Made by a program: the position numbers and the translations under genes. Of a DNA stretch of 64,000 nt, positions 1-7,613 are shown one piece after another. The notes under the pieces are model-generated. The model searched no databases. It had not been told where the DNA came from and saw only the letters and a list, made by a program, of their open reading frames with translations. This DNA comes from a virus (lineage: Duplodnaviria > Caudoviricetes): positions 1 to 64,000 of the IMG/VR virus record IMGVR_UViG_3300027759_003844; one strand, written 5' to 3'. Within the stretch, counting starts at the first letter, position 1; each line of letters starts with the position of its first letter.

Positions 1-68
1 ACTCTTGATAGGGATGCGTGGATGGGCTATGCAAATGACCTAGAAAAGGAAGTTGAGATGCTGAAACA

Positions 69-314
69 ATGAACGAAATAGGTTACGAAAAATTCATTGA
101 AAAGATTGTCAATCCTGTGTCTAAATGCGTAATGAATGACGACGCAGTAAATGCTGCAGAACTCATTGATATGTGGCGTGGTGTTGCCGTGACTCTCTAT
201 CATGCAATCCAGGAAGGCGCTGGAGGAGAAGGTATGGAGGCATACTGGTGGGGCGAAAGAGAAGAAACGCGAATTATCAATTCACAGAGTTACCAAGGGG
301 CAAAGCGTGATTAA
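69..314 (+). CDS. hypothetical phage protein
   Basis: 81-aa ORF in a tightly packed run of plus-strand ORFs; no recognisable motif. Confidence 0.6.
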   Translation: MNEIGYEKFIEKIVNPVSKCVMNDDAVNAAELIDMWRGVAVTLYHAIQEGAGGEGMEAYWWGEREETRIINSQSYQGAKRD

Positions 315-450
315 CACGGTACTACTTGCAATTATCACTGGAATGTTGATTGGCAAATGGATTGTTGAGCCGCTCATTGACATTTATCAAGAGCGTAAAG
401 ACTTAGCCACATTCGAGATGATGTGGGACAAGAATGACTGGCAGGACTAG
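307..450 (+). CDS. small membrane protein
   Basis: GTG start overlapping the upstream ORF end; hydrophobic N-terminus (VLLAIITGMLIGKWIV). Confidence 0.55.
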   Translation: MINTVLLAIITGMLIGKWIVEPLIDIYQERKDLATFEMMWDKNDWQD

Positions 451-537
451 AAGTGTCTGACGCTCGTCCGTGCCAATGCGTCTATCGTGGTCCTATTCCA
501 AGAAATCCGATGTGCGGAGAAAAGCCAGACGATTTCG

Positions 538-732
538 ATGAGTAGGCCAGAATCTCCAATGACCGTGTTGTCCATTCGTCTCCACGACGCAGAACTAGAC
601 CGCGATTACTTTAAGGGTGCTGCACGGGCTATGGCGTATGTTATGCTCGTCGACTCTGGAATAGAAAAGCCAACAGAAGAGCATGTTCTGGAATTCATAG
701 AAAAAGTAGGCGGAAGGCGCGATATCTGGTGA
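538..732 (+). CDS. hypothetical phage protein
   Basis: ATG at 538; stop overlaps the next GTG start. Confidence 0.55.
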   Translation: MSRPESPMTVLSIRLHDAELDRDYFKGAARAMAYVMLVDSGIEKPTEEHVLEFIEKVGGRRDIW

Positions 733-968
733 GCGAAGAAGTTCATATCTGTCCACATTGTGGTGCAAGCCTTAAGGGTGAATACATCGACCAGAATTTA
801 ATTGATGATGGTAAGTACGCAGATTTATGCAAGATTTGCGGAGACAAGAACCACTGGAGACTAGAGACAGCGCTTGTTGACAGCAGTACTGGAGAAACAG
901 TTGGAATGGTATGCAACTCGTGCCGAAAGGGCTGGGACTTCAAGATTGGTCTCTTCCAGCAATCATAA
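729..968 (+). CDS. zinc-finger protein
   Basis: CPHC, CKIC and CNSC motifs. Confidence 0.65.
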   Translation: MSEEVHICPHCGASLKGEYIDQNLIDDGKYADLCKICGDKNHWRLETALVDSSTGETVGMVCNSCRKGWDFKIGLFQQS

Positions 969-1011
969 TTAGAGATGGAATCCATCTAATCTAAAAATGT
1001 GATACAGAAAT

Positions 1012-1206
1012 TTGATTTTTCACTATTTGAGATGGTTTAATAAGTGGACTATGTTTATCTTCTTCGCCATCTCCACTGTACTAATTTTTGCTATCCATAA
1101 GAGCGTAATGAAATCTGTTGATAACTACAACTACGGGCATGGCTCACATGAAGAATGGCGTGAGTTTGAAAAGCAGTTTCAGTATGAGGATGCTTTTAAG
1201 TTCTAA
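1012..1206 (+). CDS. small membrane protein
   Basis: single hydrophobic segment; start uncertain. Confidence 0.5.
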   Translation: MIFHYLRWFNKWTMFIFFAISTVLIFAIHKSVMKSVDNYNYGHGSHEEWREFEKQFQYEDAFKF

Positions 1207-1514
1207 AGACCAAGCATTCCCAGTATCTGGGTCTTGCCTTTTGCTCCAACTTCTCTTTTAACCATCTTTCCATTAGAGAATAGGATAAGTGTAGGGATGC
1301 TCATAACGCTATATTTTTGAGCCAAATCTCCGTACTGGTCAATATCAACCTTTGCGATAACAACAGAATCTGAATGCTCAGCATCAATATCTTTTAGGAT
1401 TGGTGCAATTGCTTTGCATGGACCACACCATTCGGCCCAGAAATCAACAAGAACTGGAACTGGCGAGGTCTTTATAACAGTGTCAAAATCTTTATTGCTT
1501 AGATTTACAATCAC
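1203..1514 (-). CDS. trxA: thioredoxin
   Basis: VLVDFWAEWCGPCK active site and SIPTL cis-Pro motif; GTG start overlaps the ferredoxin stop. Confidence 0.95.
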   Translation of the reverse strand: MIVNLSNKDFDTVIKTSPVPVLVDFWAEWCGPCKAIAPILKDIDAEHSDSVVIAKVDIDQYGDLAQKYSVMSIPTLILFSNGKMVKREVGAKGKTQILGMLGL

Positions 1515-1762
1515 TATTCTACCTCGATGAATATGCATTCACCAGGGCACTCTTCGGCTGACTCAAGAACATCGTCAAGCCTATCGTCTGCGAAAGAAGC
1601 CATTCCAGCGGCTCCTTCTGGGTTCCCCACAGCGGCCGCATAAATCTTGTCGCCTTCTTTGACATACGCAAGACCGTCTGGCATCATATGAAACACATCT
1701 GGGGCTATCTCCGCGCATAGTCCATCTCCAGTACACAGGTCTTGGTCAATCCATACTCTCAT
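1514..1762 (-). CDS. fdx: single-cluster ferredoxin, actinobacterial type
   Basis: DQDLCTGDGLCAEIAPDVF...EECPGECI motif. Confidence 0.92.
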   Translation of the reverse strand: MRVWIDQDLCTGDGLCAEIAPDVFHMMPDGLAYVKEGDKIYAAAVGNPEGAAGMASFADDRLDDVLESAEECPGECIFIEVE

Positions 1763-2595
1763 TTTTTCCCTTTGGTGATTGGTCCACCTGTCAATACATC
1801 AACACCAGTTTCAGTGACCAACACGGTGTGTTCAAATTGCGCGGTGCGCTTGCCGTCTGCAGTGACTGCTGTCCAGCCGTCGTTCCACATGCGGTGCTGC
1901 CATGTGCCAAGTGAAATCATCGGCTCAATCGTGAATGTCATGCCAGGTCGCATTATTGTATTGTTGCTCTTGTCGTAGTAGTGCAGCACCTGAATATCGG
2001 TGTGGAACTGCTCGCCAATACCGTGACCAATAAAGGCGCGAATAACGCTCATTTGGTCTTGTTTTGCTCGGGTTTCAATGGCTTTTCCAATGTCACTTAG
2101 TGGGCGACCAGGAACAACGGCTTCAATGCCGCGCCATGTGCACTCTTCGGTTACAGAAATTAGGTTGCGGCTCTCGTCGTCAATCTCGCCTACCGCAAAT
2201 GTTGCATTGGTGTCGCCATGAACGCCATTCATGTATGTGGTGACATCAAGATTAATGATGTCACCGTCTTGCAACACGCGTGAATCGGGAATTCCATGAC
2301 AAATCACTTCGTTCACTGAAGTGCACACACTCTTTGGATAGCCCGAATAATTCAATGGGCTCGGGTATGCACCACGCTCAATGCACAAGTTATGCACATA
2401 CACATCAATTTCATCGGTGGTTATTCCTGGACGAACAAATTCTCCTGCAAGGCGTAGTACTTCGGCAGCAGCAGAACACGCAATGCGCATGCGTTCAATA
2501 ATTTCAGGGGACTTCACAGCAGATTCCTGCCAGCGCGTGACCTTGCCAGTCTCTGCGTACGGCGGCTTCACAATGTGGTCAGGAACGCTCAACAT
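1759..2595 (-). CDS. map: type I methionine aminopeptidase, probably N-terminally clipped
   Basis: SVCTSVNEVICHGIP, DGDIINLDVT, HGDT, GHGIG, TFTIEPM and AQFEHT motifs; higher GC than flanks. Confidence 0.95.
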   Translation of the reverse strand: MLSVPDHIVKPPYAETGKVTRWQESAVKSPEIIERMRIACSAAAEVLRLAGEFVRPGITTDEIDVYVHNLCIERGAYPSPLNYSGYPKSVCTSVNEVICHGIPDSRVLQDGDIINLDVTTYMNGVHGDTNATFAVGEIDDESRNLISVTEECTWRGIEAVVPGRPLSDIGKAIETRAKQDQMSVIRAFIGHGIGEQFHTDIQVLHYYDKSNNTIMRPGMTFTIEPMISLGTWQHRMWNDGWTAVTADGKRTAQFEHTVLVTETGVDVLTGGPITKGKK

Positions 2596-2621
2596 AAGTC
2601 TTGATCAATCCACACTCTCAT
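2589..2621 (-). pseudogene. 10-codon remnant of a ferredoxin start (MRVWIDQDLC*), possibly a translated leader ORF
   Basis: encodes the same 10 residues as the fdx N-terminus at 1762 (26/30 nt identical); its last codons overlap the map ATG. Confidence 0.85.
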
Positions 2622-2627
2622 ATAGGA

Positions 2628-2651
2628 AGTATACCATTTTTACGCTATAAT
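2628..2651. promoter_or_regulatory. divergent -10 elements for probable leaderless transcripts
   Basis: minus-strand TGgTATACT (2636-2628) 6 nt before ATG 2621; plus-strand TATAAT (2646-2651) 6 nt before ATG 2658. Confidence 0.6.
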
Positions 2652-2657
2652 GGGAAC

Positions 2658-2831
2658 ATGCCACAGTACAACTATCGCTGCTCTAACGGACATACTCATG
2701 AAGAAGTACGATCTATTCTGGAAGACCAGAAACAAAAATATTGCCCCGAATGCAACGCAGAGCTAAAACAATCATATACCCCGCCAGGAATCCAATTTCA
2801 TGGACATGGCTTCTACCGTAACTCTAAATAA
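2658..2831 (+). CDS. FmdB-family zinc-ribbon protein
   Basis: MPQYNYRC..GH...CPEC...FHGHGFY pattern. Confidence 0.85.
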   Translation: MPQYNYRCSNGHTHEEVRSILEDQKQKYCPECNAELKQSYTPPGIQFHGHGFYRNSK

Positions 2832-2868
2832 TTCTAATACAATAAGTTGTGTATGATATAATGCTTAA

Positions 2869-2994
2869 GCGCACTCGTGGTGCTGCCGATCCTGTTTGTT
2901 CCCGCAAACACGGCAGTATGAGTTTCGCTATCTTAGGACCGTTATAGTTAACATCCAAGAGGAAAAGAGACCACTCCGCCGAGTGGTCTTTTTT
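2869..2994 (+). ncRNA. putative structured small RNA
   Basis: extended -10 TGaTATAAT at 2854-2862; nested stems GTGCTGCCG/CGGCAGTAT and TGTTTG/CAAACA; second hairpin; intrinsic terminator; no ORF. Confidence 0.55.
2963..2994 (+). terminator. intrinsic terminator
   Basis: AGAGACCACTC-CGCC-GAGTGGTCTTT followed by a T-run. Confidence 0.85.
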
Positions 2995-3126
2995 CTATTC
3001 TAACCCCAATTCCAGCCCTCCTCCCGAACTTTAAACCAGCCAACGCCCGAACACCGCCCAAACTCGTTTTTTTACAAAATTGAGTACATAAAAAAGATGT
3101 GTTATGCATGCATATTTGTAGGGGGG

Positions 3127-3140
3127 CGAACCTATGTTCG
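3127..3140. promoter_or_regulatory. LexA (SOS/Cheo) box
   Basis: CGAAC-CTAT-GTTCG matches the Gram-positive/actinobacterial CGAAC-N4-GTTCG consensus. Confidence 0.65.
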
Positions 3141-3208
3141 GTAGGGTCAAACCTAAGTTACTCACGGGTAAGTCAAGTTACCCAACAGTAGGTTGGTGAT
3201 ATATTACC

Positions 3209-3231
3209 AAACCCTTATGATATAAGGGTTT
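3209..3231. promoter_or_regulatory. palindromic operator-like site, copy 1
   Basis: AAACCCTTAT-GAT-ATAAGGGTTT perfect inverted repeat; recurs at 7166, degenerate at 8847 and 33457. Confidence 0.7.
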
Positions 3232-3337
3232 TATCCAAAAAATAGTTGTACGGGGGGCAAAAATCCGTAGTATCGTTGTATTCATAGGGGCAACCAAGCC
3301 ACTATCCCCCCCTAAGGGGGGCAACGGAAGGATACCA

Positions 3338-3760
3338 ATGAAAACGCTAGAGACAGTAAAGAAGGCAAACTTGGCAAGTGCCAAGAACCAATCCAAGCCA
3401 ATTCAGATAACACCGAAAATCCAAGCATGGTGGGCGAACCTAGAAAAAATCGCAACATCGGCAACCATTATCCCAACCGATCTACGCATTGCCACCCGAA
3501 CCAACGGGGCAACCCGTAGGGCATGGTGTGTAGCCAATCCAAAATCGGTAGTGATTGTCTCGGTCTCGGATATCGCTAACAAGGTTGGCAATCGCCCCGA
3601 AAATATCGTTAGGGCAAAACTAGACACCCTTACCAATGTCAAGGGCAACAACACTACGAAAAAAATCGGATATATCCGAGTGTTGGATAAATCAGTAGCC
3701 GATAGCAACCCAACCCACCCCGACACCGATAAGGTGTTCTGCTACAGAATTGCCAAGTAG
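3338..3760 (+). CDS. basic hypothetical protein, family A copy 1
   Basis: GGAAGG SD; shares KAN..SAK, RPE..V.A...TL, GY.R and KV..YR motifs with 4627-5040. Confidence 0.8.
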   Translation: MKTLETVKKANLASAKNQSKPIQITPKIQAWWANLEKIATSATIIPTDLRIATRTNGATRRAWCVANPKSVVIVSVSDIANKVGNRPENIVRAKLDTLTNVKGNNTTKKIGYIRVLDKSVADSNPTHPDTDKVFCYRIAK

Positions 3761-3879
3761 CCCCGAAAGGGGTGGGGGCAACCCCACCCCAAGGGGTCTC
3801 GGCAGGGTGTAGCCCTACCTTTACCGAAAATTTCACGCATACTCTTTACACAACAAAACAACAGAAAAGGAAAACCATT

Positions 3880-4080
3880 ATGAACACTGAAATTAGACCA
3901 AATATCCGAATGAAGGGAATGCCCGTAGCAATAGAACGGGTGGACAATATCCTAGTGATCTGGGTAGCCAGCCCAACGGGAGACAGTTCAGACAGTCACC
4001 TATTCCGTATGCCATGCGTGAACGAGGCACAAGCCGAGGTCATCATGGAGACATGGTTGAAGGTATGGGGGCTAGCATGA
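3880..4080 (+). CDS. hypothetical protein
   Basis: AAAAGGA SD before ATG 3880; ATGA overlap with the next gene. Confidence 0.75.
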   Translation: MNTEIRPNIRMKGMPVAIERVDNILVIWVASPTGDSSDSHLFRMPCVNEAQAEVIMETWLKVWGLA

Positions 4081-4220
4081 ATTGGTTCGGTATGTTCACG
4101 GTGCTACTAATCGTAGTGCTAGTGACTACGATTATCGCATACGAGATCGGCTACGATAAAGCGGTCAAGGATGTAACAATGTCCAAGACATGGCTAGACC
4201 TCAACAATAGAAAACGCTAG
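4077..4220 (+). CDS. small membrane protein
   Basis: ATGA-coupled start; one TM helix followed by GYDKA. Confidence 0.7.
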   Translation: MNWFGMFTVLLIVVLVTTIIAYEIGYDKAVKDVTMSKTWLDLNNRKR

Positions 4221-4237
4221 ATCGGTTGGTATCCGAG

Positions 4238-4270
4238 AAAAGTCCCCCGAGAAATCGGGGGCTTTTTTCT
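4238..4270 (+). terminator. intrinsic terminator
   Basis: CCCCCGA-GAAA-TCGGGGG followed by a T-run. Confidence 0.85.
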
Positions 4271-4575
4271 TTCCCAGAATATCTCTAAACTTACACAGAT
4301 GTAAACTTACAGGAAGGTGTAACCCTGCCCGCACCGTGTAAGTTTAGTGAATGTTTATGTAAAGCTTTATCTAAACTTACCAGCGTGTAAGTTTTGGCGG
4401 GCGGGTGTAGGCAGCATCGTTTCCCTCGCTTACACCCGTTGTACCGTTTATGGTACCTGTACCATTTGTAGTATGTGTGTGTAAGTTTACAAGCGTGTAC
4501 CTTTATCGGTACACAATGTAATTCTAAGTCGTGTAAGTTTACGCATGTACCCTTTATGAGACACATAAAAAATAT

Positions 4576-4610
4576 AAAAAAAGAGCGAGGCATTTCTGCC
4601 TCGCTCTCTC
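4576..4610 (-). terminator. intrinsic terminator
   Basis: GAGCGAGGCA-GAAA-TGCCTCGCTC plus T-run on the minus strand. Confidence 0.85.
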
Positions 4611-4626
4611 TTACTTACTTGCTGTA

Positions 4627-5040
4627 CTACTTACGGTATAGTACAACTTTGTAAGCGTCATCATTATTCATGTCGCTTGCTTCAGGCGTACCGTTCACGC
4701 ATAGACGCACATAGCCCACATTGACAAGCGACTTATCGTGCTTCTGCAAAGTTTGCATGATCGCAAGGACAGCCAATTCTGGGCGCATAACGCCTTTGTC
4801 ATTGAGCGTGACAGGCTTTGCACAAACTTTGCGCTGATCAACAACTACGCCAAACTTGACAGCGTGCGCACGCACGCTCAGTTTGTCTGTCATCTTTGGT
4901 GACGCTTGCGCCTTGTACATTTGCTCAGCAAATACTAAGTGATCAAATACTTGCTTCGTGCGAAGTTTGGCAGACTTCACATTTGCTTTGGCGATCTTTG
5001 CAATGAGCGCCTTTGCTTTCATCTTTGGACTAGTGGACAT
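4627..5040 (-). CDS. basic hypothetical protein, family A copy 2
   Basis: GAAAGG SD before ATG 5040; motif similarity to 3338-3760; own terminator. Confidence 0.8.
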   Translation of the reverse strand: MSTSPKMKAKALIAKIAKANVKSAKLRTKQVFDHLVFAEQMYKAQASPKMTDKLSVRAHAVKFGVVVDQRKVCAKPVTLNDKGVMRPELAVLAIMQTLQKHDKSLVNVGYVRLCVNGTPEASDMNNDDAYKVVLYRK

Positions 5041-5462
5041 GATGAGCCTTTCAGTTAGATGAGCGTTATTGCTCATGATGTAAGTATACACATACTTGAC
5101 CCAAAGCGGGCGCATTTGTTTGAGCCAATAAATGAGAATTATTCTCACTTATACCGTGTACCATAATCACCCCAAACTTACACGGGCACCCTGGTAGACT
5201 GGTCACACCACTGTGGATAGAGGCTTACAGGCGTGTAAGTTTAGTAGATTAGACTTTATGAGAGCCTAAACTTACACCATTTCGTGGGTGTAAGTCGGCT
5301 CCGCCAACCGACTTACACCCATGTAAGTTTACTGGCACTAATCTTTATGTTGAGTGTGTATTTTCTATGTAAGTTAACAGACATGTAAGTTTATGACAAT
5401 CTATTCAGTGGATAACTTACACAGGGTCTGGAATAGGGTCAAATTAGCCCGAAATCTAATGC

Positions 5463-5491
5463 TTGCAATTGGGTTGGGTATCGGGTAGGGT
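5463..5491 (+). promoter_or_regulatory. sigma70/SigA-type promoter
   Basis: TTGCAA-17 nt-TAGGGT upstream of 5541. Confidence 0.6.
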
Positions 5492-5540
5492 TGAGCGTAG
5501 CGAAACAAGTCGCACCTAAACGAAAGGCAAAACTTACACC

Positions 5541-5765
5541 ATGTCCTACCTAACCTGTAAGATTAGGAACAGAATAAATTACCGAGACAACTTGCCCCAT
5601 GAATTCATGTTCATTGGCACTAACTCTCACGAGGTACAGAACGGGTACACACTTACCCAAATCCATGCAACCTGTAAGTTTTGTGGTGTTCTGAACACTA
5701 CAACACAAATAGAAAATAGCGATCATTCATATTCACAAATACTAGGCGATACGGAAGGGTACTAA
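5541..5765 (+). CDS. hypothetical protein with CxxC
   Basis: GAAAGG SD; CKFC motif. Confidence 0.7.
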   Translation: MSYLTCKIRNRINYRDNLPHEFMFIGTNSHEVQNGYTLTQIHATCKFCGVLNTTTQIENSDHSYSQILGDTEGY

Positions 5766-5771
5766 ACTTAC

Positions 5772-6014
5772 ATGAACACATACGAGGTATCTTGGCAATT
5801 TGAGAAGGGTAATCAAGAATGGGCAGACAGTTTTCTCTACTACGCCGAAAATATAGAGGAATTAGGAAAACTATTACGCTCTATCAAAAATGACAAGGAT
5901 AGTGACGATCCTGACATGAGTGTAATTTTTGCACAAATCTGTGACGATGATCTAGACAATGCAGATGACCGAGACATTACAGACGAACTACCCGAAGATA
6001 TTCTTGCTGACTAA
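5772..6014 (+). CDS. highly acidic hypothetical protein
   Basis: GGAAGG SD; Asp/Glu-rich C-terminal half. Confidence 0.75.
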   Translation: MNTYEVSWQFEKGNQEWADSFLYYAENIEELGKLLRSIKNDKDSDDPDMSVIFAQICDDDLDNADDRDITDELPEDILAD

Positions 6015-6053
6015 AGTTACACAACCGCAAACTTACACGGAAAGGAGAAAAAT

Positions 6054-6158
6054 ATGGATATGACCTTGAATATTGACTTACAATTCATAATGGTTATTTG
6101 CTCCACAATTGTCGTGATTACTTTGATCACAACAAAGTTCAGAAAGCGTGGAGAGTAA
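6054..6158 (+). CDS. 34-aa membrane peptide
   Basis: GAAAGGAG SD; MDMTLNIDLQFIMVICSTIVVITLITTKFRKRGE; not in the ORF track. Confidence 0.65.
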   Translation: MDMTLNIDLQFIMVICSTIVVITLITTKFRKRGE

Positions 6159-6178
6159 AGTTACACAGCAGTAAGATT

Positions 6179-6210
6179 AGCCCGTGCGCCCTCCGCACGG
6201 GCTTTTCTTT
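6179..6210 (+). terminator. intrinsic terminator
   Basis: AGCCCGTGCG-loop-CGCACGGGCT plus T-run. Confidence 0.8.
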
Positions 6211-6515
6211 GTCACCCTAAACTTACACAGCTGTAATTTTACAGGCAGGTGTAAGGTTGCTTCTTTGCGAACCTTACACCTGTGTAAGTTTGCAGCAATG
6301 TAACTTTATGTTTAGTACATGTGTGTAACTTTACTGCTGTGTACTTTATGTAGACCCAAAAGTAACGCAAGTGTAAGTTGGGAAGCCTTTCGTGTAACTT
6401 ATCTAATTTGCTCAAGTTACCCACCAGTAAGGCAAATGTCATCACATTGTAACAATTGCCGTGATATATCTCATATGGGCTATGGGTTCTAGCGCATTGT
6501 TACAATTTGATTACC

Positions 6516-6544
6516 TTGTATTAGTATTTGGGTTCCGATATTGT
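6516..6544 (+). promoter_or_regulatory. putative promoter
   Basis: TTGTAT-17 nt-TATTGT upstream of 6591. Confidence 0.45.
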
Positions 6545-6590
6545 TTCTCTTATCAAGCAATAACGCTTGGTACTAACGGAAGGTAATCCA

Positions 6591-6869
6591 ATGGCAGATT
6601 ATGAATTCATCAACGAAGACGACATGGAATTCGTTCCTCGTGGTCGTAAGTCAAATGTTTCACCTGAATTGGTCAATGCGATCAAGACAATGCCTAAAGG
6701 CAAGGCTTGCAAATTGACTGGCATGAAGGTGGACATCAAGAAGGCAAATGCCAAGACCGAGAAGGCACGCATCAGCGCAACGATCCGACAGGCAAGCAAG
6801 CAAGCGGGAACGCCAGTCGTAATCCGTTGGTCGGCAGACGGTACGCCACAGGTAATCAAGAAGGCGTAA
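6591..6869 (+). CDS. small basic putative DNA-binding protein, family B (RGRKS) copy 1
   Basis: GGAAGGT SD; about 78% aa identity to 7286-7561. Confidence 0.85.
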   Translation: MADYEFINEDDMEFVPRGRKSNVSPELVNAIKTMPKGKACKLTGMKVDIKKANAKTEKARISATIRQASKQAGTPVVIRWSADGTPQVIKKA

Positions 6870-7165
6870 CTTACACGCCTGTAAGTTCTTGGTCGGCTTA
6901 CAGGCAAGTAAGTTTGGTAAGGCTCGTGACCCCCCCTGGTCACGGGCTTTACTATTCTTACGCTCATGTAAGTTTACACGCCTGTAAGCTTACGGGCGGG
7001 TGTAAGTTAAGTCTTTGGTTAACTTACACCCGCTGTAAGATTACACACCTGATCTAAATGTTTAGTGTAAGTTTACAGGGTAAGTCTTTATGAGAGCCCC
7101 CGTGTAAGTTTTCAAAATGAGCGTGTAAGTTATCAAAACTGAGATATATCACCAAACTATTCACC

Positions 7166-7188
7166 AAACCCTTATCCCATAAGGGTTT
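7166..7188. promoter_or_regulatory. palindromic operator-like site, copy 2
   Basis: AAACCCTTAT-CCC-ATAAGGGTTT with flanks identical to the 3209 copy. Confidence 0.7.
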
Positions 7189-7285
7189 TATCCCTTTATG
7201 AGTTGCCCGATCTAATGCAAATGCGAGTAGATTGGTTGTTGTCAGGCAATCCCGTCTGACAGTAAAGTTACACGAAAGGCAAACC

Positions 7286-7561
7286 ATGTTTGAGTTCATT
7301 GAAGAAAGCGAGATGGAGTTTGTGCCCCGTGGGCGCAAGTCAAATGTCTCGCCCGAGTTGGTCAAAGCATTGACCAGTCTCAAAAAAGGACAGGCATGCA
7401 AACTTACAGGCATGAAAGTTGACCTGAAGTTGGCAAATGCGAAAACCGAAAAGGCTCGCATCTCGGCAACAATTCGCCAAGCGTCAAAGCAGGCAAAGGT
7501 TGCAATCGTCATCCGATGGTCAGGTGACGGAACACCACAGGTTGTCAAAAAGTCAGCCTGA
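7286..7561 (+). CDS. small basic putative DNA-binding protein, family B copy 2
   Basis: GAAAGG SD; MEFVPRGRKSNVSPELV...IRQASKQA..VIRWS shared with 6591. Confidence 0.85.
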   Translation: MFEFIEESEMEFVPRGRKSNVSPELVKALTSLKKGQACKLTGMKVDLKLANAKTEKARISATIRQASKQAKVAIVIRWSGDGTPQVVKKSA

Positions 7562-7583
7562 TAACTTACACCCCCGTAAGTTA

Positions 7584-7613
7584 GAGAGACCCCCGAAAGG
7601 GGGTCTCTTTTTT
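7584..7613 (+). terminator. intrinsic terminator
   Basis: GAGACCCCC-GAAA-GGGGGTCTC plus T-run. Confidence 0.9.

Noticed and set aside
1-3100. Host chromosome flank of a prophage
   Set aside because: The host-like genes are flanked by small phage-type ORFs; no integrase or att site is visible in the window
4291-4593. ORFs 4291-4593, 6239-6445, 6707-7057, 7437-7664 and 8383-8571
   Set aside because: They are translations of the motif lattice (recurrent CKLT/NLH/TYT peptides) with no SD, so probably spurious
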